Virus record (IMG/VR): IMGVR_UViG_2855308460_000004
Length of the DNA: 64,000 bases
Direction: 5' to 3' (one strand)
Source of the DNA: a virus
Taxonomy: Duplodnaviria > Heunggongvirae > Uroviricota > Caudoviricetes
Shown here: positions 58,377 through 64,000 of the stretch, in pieces
How positions within the stretch are numbered: the first letter of the stretch is position 1
How the letters are laid out: the number at the start of each line of letters is the position of its first letter
Program-made: the position numbers and the translations under genes
Notes under the pieces: model-generated
Databases searched by the model: none
What the model saw: the letters and a program-made list of their open reading frames with translations, nothing else
What the model was told of the DNA's origin: nothing

Positions 58377-60596
58377 ATGGTGAATCATTTTCAGGGTGTA
58401 TTCAAACGTGTTTACAAGAGAAACAGTTATACGGGAGACACCATATTTGGAGTGGAAACAGATGAGATTGATGTAAGAAGAAATAAAAATGGTGAAGTAG
58501 AATGTGAGGGAATCATTCCTGAATGGCCAGAAGAATTACGGGTCATCCTTAATGGTGAATGGACAGAAGACGGTACAAGGTTTCTAATTGAAACAGTAAA
58601 ACCATGCACAGCAACGGAAGATTTAAGTAAAAAATTAATTAAGCGTGTCATTAAGGATTTAAAAGATGAGAATAATGATTTTAAAGTTGGCCCAAGGATT
58701 ATAAATAAAATACTGGAGACTTCTGGCCCAGACATACTGACTTACATAAAAAACCCAGACAGTATTGAAACTCTCAAGAAGAATATTAAGGTTGAAGAAT
58801 GGAAAATAGAAAAAATTTACGAATCACTGCTTTGTATCAATGAAAGCTATTCAATTATCGATTATGTCTCGCATTTCGGCTGCAGTATGACGGCATGTGA
58901 TAGGCTCGTAAAGAAATATGGGACAACAGCTCTGCGCAGGTTAAAGGCACATCCATATAAAATTGGATATTCAATTGGGATGGATTTCTATTCAATGGAT
59001 AAGATGGGAAAACATCGTAAATTTGATCCACTAAACAAAGAACGAGTAACTGCGGTTATTTATGAAGCACTAAATACATTATTGGAACAATATGGTTCAA
59101 CATATGTCATACAGTCTATGTTAAAAAGGCAGATAGATAAAGTAGTAAAGAAATCATCTTATCCGAATACTTTAATTCCATTTGCTTATGTTGGTACCAT
59201 ACTTGGAAAAATAAGTGGAATAAAGACAGAAATTGTAACAAACGGAGTAAGGATTTACAGAAAGGATTATTACGATTGGGAATATTCCATTGCATATGAC
59301 CTAAAACGGCTAAATAAGGATAAAAAGCAATGTATAACTAAAGGACAGATTAATGCTATGATTAAAAAGCGCGAATTGGAATATAAGATGGAATATTCAG
59401 ATGAACAAAGAAATTCATTCCAATCGATATGTACACCAGGGATAAAGATCATAACCGGTGGCCCAGGTGTTGGAAAAACAACAACAATTAATGGATTAAT
59501 CAATTCCTACATGGAACTATTTCCAGATAAGAAAATTGCTTTAGCCGCTCCAACAGGCAGGGCTGCCCAAAGAATGTGGGATATCACTATGATTGAAGCA
59601 AGAACCATCCATAAACTTCTTGACTTTAAACCATACTCTGCAGCTGGAGATGAATCTGGAGCAACAAAAGATAAGGATAACCCAATTGATGCAGATATGA
59701 TTGTGGTTGATGAAATGTCTATGGTAGATACCGAATTATTCTATTTACTGTTACAGGCAATTAGAACAGGTACAATCGTTCTATTGATTGGTGATAAAGA
59801 TCAGCTACAAAGCGTATCTCCAGGAAACATCCTTCATGATCTTCTTAAGTGCAAGATGTTCGAGGTATATCAGCTTACAAAAGTATATCGACAAAAGGGT
59901 GATAATACAATCATAGATAACGCCTATAAGATATTAAATGGCAGGATGGATTTTATTAAAAATAATAAATTTGAAATCAAACAGGCAGAATCAGATGCGG
60001 ACGCAGTGAACTGCATAATTGATAAATTCAATGAATGGTATGAAAAAGAAGATTTGAAAAAAATACAGATATTGACTCCAATCAAAGGCGGTGAATGTGG
60101 AACCGTTCAAATCAATTCTGCTGTAGCAAAAATAGTACGACATGAAATTCCAGAAGGCGTTTCTATATACCATTTTGGAAAAAACTCTTACACAGTGGGA
60201 GATAAAGTTATTTTCCATAAGAACAATTATGACAAAGACTATTATAATGGTGATATTGGATATGTTACAAATATCATAAAAAATGGAATTGAAGTCGAAG
60301 TTGGAGAGGAACTTAAGAAAGTGACAGGTGACGCATTAAAAGATGTGACACTTGCATATTCCATTACGATGCATAAGAGCCAGGGTAGTGAGTTCGAGGA
60401 TATTATCATCATGTTACCGGATACCTATAAAAATATGCTTAATAGAAATCTGTTATTTACAGCTGTCACAAGAGCGAAAAGAAAGGTTTTTATAGTCTAT
60501 ATTAATTCCGCATTAAGTGATTCCGTGCATACTATAGTTGTAGATAAACGATATACAGGTTTAGTAGATAAAATAAGGAAGGTAATGGCAGCATAA
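58377..60596 (+). CDS. RecD-like (SF1) DNA helicase
   Basis: Walker A GGPGVGKTT; AAPTGRAAQR; VVDEMSMVD; C-terminal SH3-like and motif VI regions. Confidence 0.8.
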   Translation: MVNHFQGVFKRVYKRNSYTGDTIFGVETDEIDVRRNKNGEVECEGIIPEWPEELRVILNGEWTEDGTRFLIETVKPCTATEDLSKKLIKRVIKDLKDENNDFKVGPRIINKILETSGPDILTYIKNPDSIETLKKNIKVEEWKIEKIYESLLCINESYSIIDYVSHFGCSMTACDRLVKKYGTTALRRLKAHPYKIGYSIGMDFYSMDKMGKHRKFDPLNKERVTAVIYEALNTLLEQYGSTYVIQSMLKRQIDKVVKKSSYPNTLIPFAYVGTILGKISGIKTEIVTNGVRIYRKDYYDWEYSIAYDLKRLNKDKKQCITKGQINAMIKKRELEYKMEYSDEQRNSFQSICTPGIKIITGGPGVGKTTTINGLINSYMELFPDKKIALAAPTGRAAQRMWDITMIEARTIHKLLDFKPYSAAGDESGATKDKDNPIDADMIVVDEMSMVDTELFYLLLQAIRTGTIVLLIGDKDQLQSVSPGNILHDLLKCKMFEVYQLTKVYRQKGDNTIIDNAYKILNGRMDFIKNNKFEIKQAESDADAVNCIIDKFNEWYEKEDLKKIQILTPIKGGECGTVQINSAVAKIVRHEIPEGVSIYHFGKNSYTVGDKVIFHKNNYDKDYYNGDIGYVTNIIKNGIEVEVGEELKKVTGDALKDVTLAYSITMHKSQGSEFEDIIIMLPDTYKNMLNRNLLFTAVTRAKRKVFIVYINSALSDSVHTIVVDKRYTGLVDKIRKVMAA

Positions 60597-61162
60597 TGAG
60601 ACATTTGTTTAAAGATTTTTTAGAATTTATAAAAACAGTCATACCAGCTATTATATTAGCATGGGTCATAACACATTTTTTGATTGCGAATGCAATCGTA
60701 CCAACAGGGTCAATGGAGTCAACCATCGTAACAGGAAGCCGGTTAATAGGAAATCGTTTGGCATATAAGTTTGGAACATTGCCAGAACGTGGAGATATTA
60801 TTATATTTAAATATCCTGATGACGAATCCATTTACTATGTAAAACGTATTATAGGAACACCTGGAGACACAATAGAAATCATCCCAGATGTAGATATAAC
60901 GTCAGAAACATCAAATCTTAAAACAGCAACCGGTCATGTATACGTAAATGGACATCCAATCTATGAAGATTATTTAAATGAACCGATGATGGTGAATGAA
61001 TATATGAAATTTGAAGTCCCTGAAGACGCTTATTTTTGTATGGGAGATAATCGGAACAATTCTCATGATTCGAGATATTGGGATAACCACTTTGTATATG
61101 AAGAAAAAATCATAGCAAAAGTAATGTTCCAATATTGGAAGGGTATAAAAATTTTTCATTGA
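60596..61162 (+). CDS. lepB: Signal peptidase I (S26 family)
   Basis: GSMESTI (catalytic Ser), YVKRIIGTPGD (catalytic Lys), GDNRNNSHDSRYW. Confidence 0.85.
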   Translation: MRHLFKDFLEFIKTVIPAIILAWVITHFLIANAIVPTGSMESTIVTGSRLIGNRLAYKFGTLPERGDIIIFKYPDDESIYYVKRIIGTPGDTIEIIPDVDITSETSNLKTATGHVYVNGHPIYEDYLNEPMMVNEYMKFEVPEDAYFCMGDNRNNSHDSRYWDNHFVYEEKIIAKVMFQYWKGIKIFH

Positions 61163-61249
61163 AAAACAAGCCCAGGATATTGTTATTAAATGGAAATGTA
61201 GATTGATACAAACATACTTGTTATAGACTATTTACTAGGAGGGTATATA

Positions 61250-62908
61250 ATGAAATTTTATAAAATCATTCCCATAGTGCTGGCCTCGACCATGCTGCTT
61301 TCGGGATGCAATTTACCGTTTGGAAACAAAAAAACAGAAACAAAGGAAACTACATATGAGTTGACCGCTACTCCAAAAGAGGAGCTAAAGAATGGGATGT
61401 TCTATGTCAAGACAGATGATGTGTTTTATCCGGTTGCCATAGGCCAATCGAATTTAAATGAAAAAAACAGGATTGCAAAAGAATCCGAACCATCCCGCAT
61501 TATAAGTTTCACAAAAAATGATGTAATGATTCCAACATTGTATAAGGATGATAAGCTGGTATATTCAACAACAAGCGGTATTTCTGGAATTACATTGGAA
61601 CGGTTTAAAGATTTAGGATGGTCTGTCGGTTTTTATAACTTACAGGAAGATGAATCCAACAAAGTAAAATATGTAATTGGGAAGTCATCATATGATCATT
61701 CTTCTTCCCTAAATGAAAGCCTGCCAACCTTATCAATCAGTGATGAATCAGCACTGATAATTGTAGATCGGATTGCTGGAAAACAGATTACAATAGATGA
61801 TCTTTCAGAATGTGGGACTATAAATGGCTTGAAAACAGGCAGCCTTGCGAACATAGATCTGTATATTGGTACAAAGCATTATGAACTGCCAGCGACAGTA
61901 GATACACATGTCCTGTCATCTATGGAATTATATGAACTGAACGAGTATGCATTAAACCCGGAAGGATATGCTGAGATTACAATCCCTGACTATCTTTTAA
62001 GCGGATATTATTACATAAATGGTATTGGAGTATTCAGATATGTTGCAAATGAAAAAGCTGATGGTGTAGCAGGCGTGGATTTTTCTGTACCATATTTTTA
62101 TGAGGACCAAAATGGAAAGAAAATTACAAAAGAAGAGTATGATAAATTAAAAGGGAAGATTACGGATAATGAAAAAGAAAAACCATCCAATACATTTGAA
62201 ATATCAATCGATGCAACTCAAAAATCCTATTCATTGGATATTTCATATGAATTAACCGGAAAGGAAAATAAAGACAGCCTAAGTTATAGAGAACCCTATG
62301 CAGAAATTGTTTCACCGGATGGACAGTCAACAAAATTCGATGCTTCCACGAGAGATAAAAAGGAACATCTTTCTATTTCGATAAATGGTATGAAATCCGG
62401 AACATGGACAGTCAATTTATATAATCTGGAAAATTATGCTTTAAGTTATGTCCAGTCAATCGAAAGCGGTAACGCTGATAGTTTTGTTCACAGTGGAAAA
62501 GGAGAAGGAAAGATTACGATTCATACAGATGGAATAAGCGGATCTGCCAATGCGATTATCAATTGGGAAAAATCTGAACATGCAGTAGAAGAATCTAAAA
62601 TAACATCTCCATCAGGGACAGAATATAAGTATGTTAGAAGTAGTGATGATGGAACATTCGCATCTACTTATGGAAATCTAACACTTCCATTATCCTCAGT
62701 AGAACCAGGAGAATGGACCATGACCATAAGAGGTGAGGAACTTGGGCGTGTATGGTTTAAATTCGAAAGCGTGACAGATACACAGCCAATTGAATCAACA
62801 GCTGGAGAACAAGCGTCTATGGAGAATACGGATGAAGATCCGATGGATGTCCAAGAAAACCAAACCATACCACAGGATGATACAGATGAAGTTCCAATAA
62901 ACGAATAA
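61250..62908 (+). CDS. Lipoprotein, hypothetical (552 aa)
   Basis: Signal peptide with lipobox LLSGC. Confidence 0.5.
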   Translation: MKFYKIIPIVLASTMLLSGCNLPFGNKKTETKETTYELTATPKEELKNGMFYVKTDDVFYPVAIGQSNLNEKNRIAKESEPSRIISFTKNDVMIPTLYKDDKLVYSTTSGISGITLERFKDLGWSVGFYNLQEDESNKVKYVIGKSSYDHSSSLNESLPTLSISDESALIIVDRIAGKQITIDDLSECGTINGLKTGSLANIDLYIGTKHYELPATVDTHVLSSMELYELNEYALNPEGYAEITIPDYLLSGYYYINGIGVFRYVANEKADGVAGVDFSVPYFYEDQNGKKITKEEYDKLKGKITDNEKEKPSNTFEISIDATQKSYSLDISYELTGKENKDSLSYREPYAEIVSPDGQSTKFDASTRDKKEHLSISINGMKSGTWTVNLYNLENYALSYVQSIESGNADSFVHSGKGEGKITIHTDGISGSANAIINWEKSEHAVEESKITSPSGTEYKYVRSSDDGTFASTYGNLTLPLSSVEPGEWTMTIRGEELGRVWFKFESVTDTQPIESTAGEQASMENTDEDPMDVQENQTIPQDDTDEVPINE

Positions 62909-63124
62909 GTTATTAAGAGGTGTAATTACAAAGTTACATCTCTTTTTATTTATGTGATTAAAATTCCATATTAAAGCATATAAGGGAAAAATGGAGGGTA
63001 CAAGAATGAATATAAACAGAAATATTACCTTATGGCCAAAAAGGCCACAATACACAGACAGTAAACTGAATACAGGAGAGGCCTGTTTCAAATATATGAA
63101 ATATACAGGAGTGGAGGTAAACAT

Positions 63125-64000
63125 ATGCGTAAAGTATTAGTTTTAAGAGGTGCTCCTGGCGCAGGAAAGACAACATGGATTAAAGACAAGAAACTGGTTC
63201 CATATACCTTATCATTTGACAATATCAGGATGCTATATCAAAGCCCGATACAGACAATCTATGGACGAGAGTCTACTGGTCAAAAGGCAAATGCACAGGC
63301 TTATGATACTCTATTCAGTATATTGGAAGAGCGTATGAAGAACGGAGAATTCACCGTGATTGATTGTGTGAACAGCAAGAAATCACAAATTCAGAAATAT
63401 CAGGAATTAGCCTTAAAATACCGATACGAGTTGTATGTTGTTGATTTTACCACAGTCCCAATTGGCGTTGCAAAATCCAGGAACATTCATCGTTCCGCAA
63501 GAAAAAGGGTTCCAGACAGCGTTGTTGAAAATGCTTATAATGAATTCAAAGAGGAAGCACTGTCAGATAAAATAAAAGTAATTAAACCGGATGAGTTAAA
63601 TACAATATATGAAAAACCTGTAGATTTATCAGTATACAGGAAAATTCATCATATCGGAGATATCCATGGTTGCGATGAAGTATTAAAAAGGGCACTGAAT
63701 GATAATGGGAACCTACGCGAAGATGAATTCTATATCTTTCTTGGTGACTACACAGATAAAGGACCTCGTAGCGATAGAATTCTTGAATTCTTACTATCAA
63801 TCAGGAACAAGCCAAATGTAATCCTTTGTGAAGGAAACCATGAACATTGGATATGGAATTGGAGTAATGGAATAGAAGATTACTCAGAAGATTTCATGAC
63901 GAATACATTTCCTCAGCTTAATGGCATAAATAAAAAGGATATCAGAAAGCTGTATAGACAACTGAAAGAGTGTTTCATCTATACTTATAAAGGAAAGAAT
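63125..64000 (+). CDS. Pnkp-like polynucleotide kinase-phosphatase (P-loop kinase plus calcineurin-type metallophosphatase); 3' end lies beyond the window
   Basis: LRGAPGAGKTT; GDIHG, GDYTDKG, EGNHE metallophosphoesterase motifs. Absent from the ORF track only because no stop falls within the window. Confidence 0.75.
   Translation, partial: MRKVLVLRGAPGAGKTTWIKDKKLVPYTLSFDNIRMLYQSPIQTIYGRESTGQKANAQAYDTLFSILEERMKNGEFTVIDCVNSKKSQIQKYQELALKYRYELYVVDFTTVPIGVAKSRNIHRSARKRVPDSVVENAYNEFKEEALSDKIKVIKPDELNTIYEKPVDLSVYRKIHHIGDIHGCDEVLKRALNDNGNLREDEFYIFLGDYTDKGPRSDRILEFLLSIRNKPNVILCEGNHEHWIWNWSNGIEDYSEDFMTNTFPQLNGINKKDIRKLYRQLKECFIYTYKGKN

Overview
The window is AT-rich (about 32% GC), gene-dense, and has short intergenic spacers with many intrinsic terminators. 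It reads like part of a very large (jumbo) phage or phage-like mobile element of a low-GC Firmicute; an unusual chromosomal accessory island cannot be excluded from sequence alone. Two long tRNA arrays dominate the first third (about 19 genes at 539–2682 and about 19 at 16489–19077, all on the + strand). Each array sits behind a duplicated promoter-containing module and each contains atypical tRNAs and structured non-tRNA inserts. Between and after the arrays are several host-like genes that are unusual in a phage context: an orphan SecY, ClpP, ribosome hibernation factor, signal peptidase I, an LCP-family protein, a flotillin, a TelA-like protein, a stand-alone EAL domain protein and an OpuC-type osmoprotectant ABC transporter. 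A probable RNA-repair and nucleic-acid toolkit is also present: RtcB, a histidine phosphatase, an ATP-grasp-like protein, a MYG1-family protein, a Pnkp-like kinase-phosphatase (truncated at the window end), a MiaB-like radical SAM enzyme, an ADP-ribosylglycohydrolase and a dCMP deaminase. Replication and transcription functions include a RecD-like helicase, a CHC2 zinc-finger protein and a sigma factor. There is an HNH homing endonuclease and an IS605-family TnpB-like gene whose catalytic motifs appear degenerate. No rRNA or CRISPR array was seen. All coordinates come from manual reading of the sequence; tRNA ends may be off by 1–2 nt, and family assignments rest on remembered motifs rather than searches.
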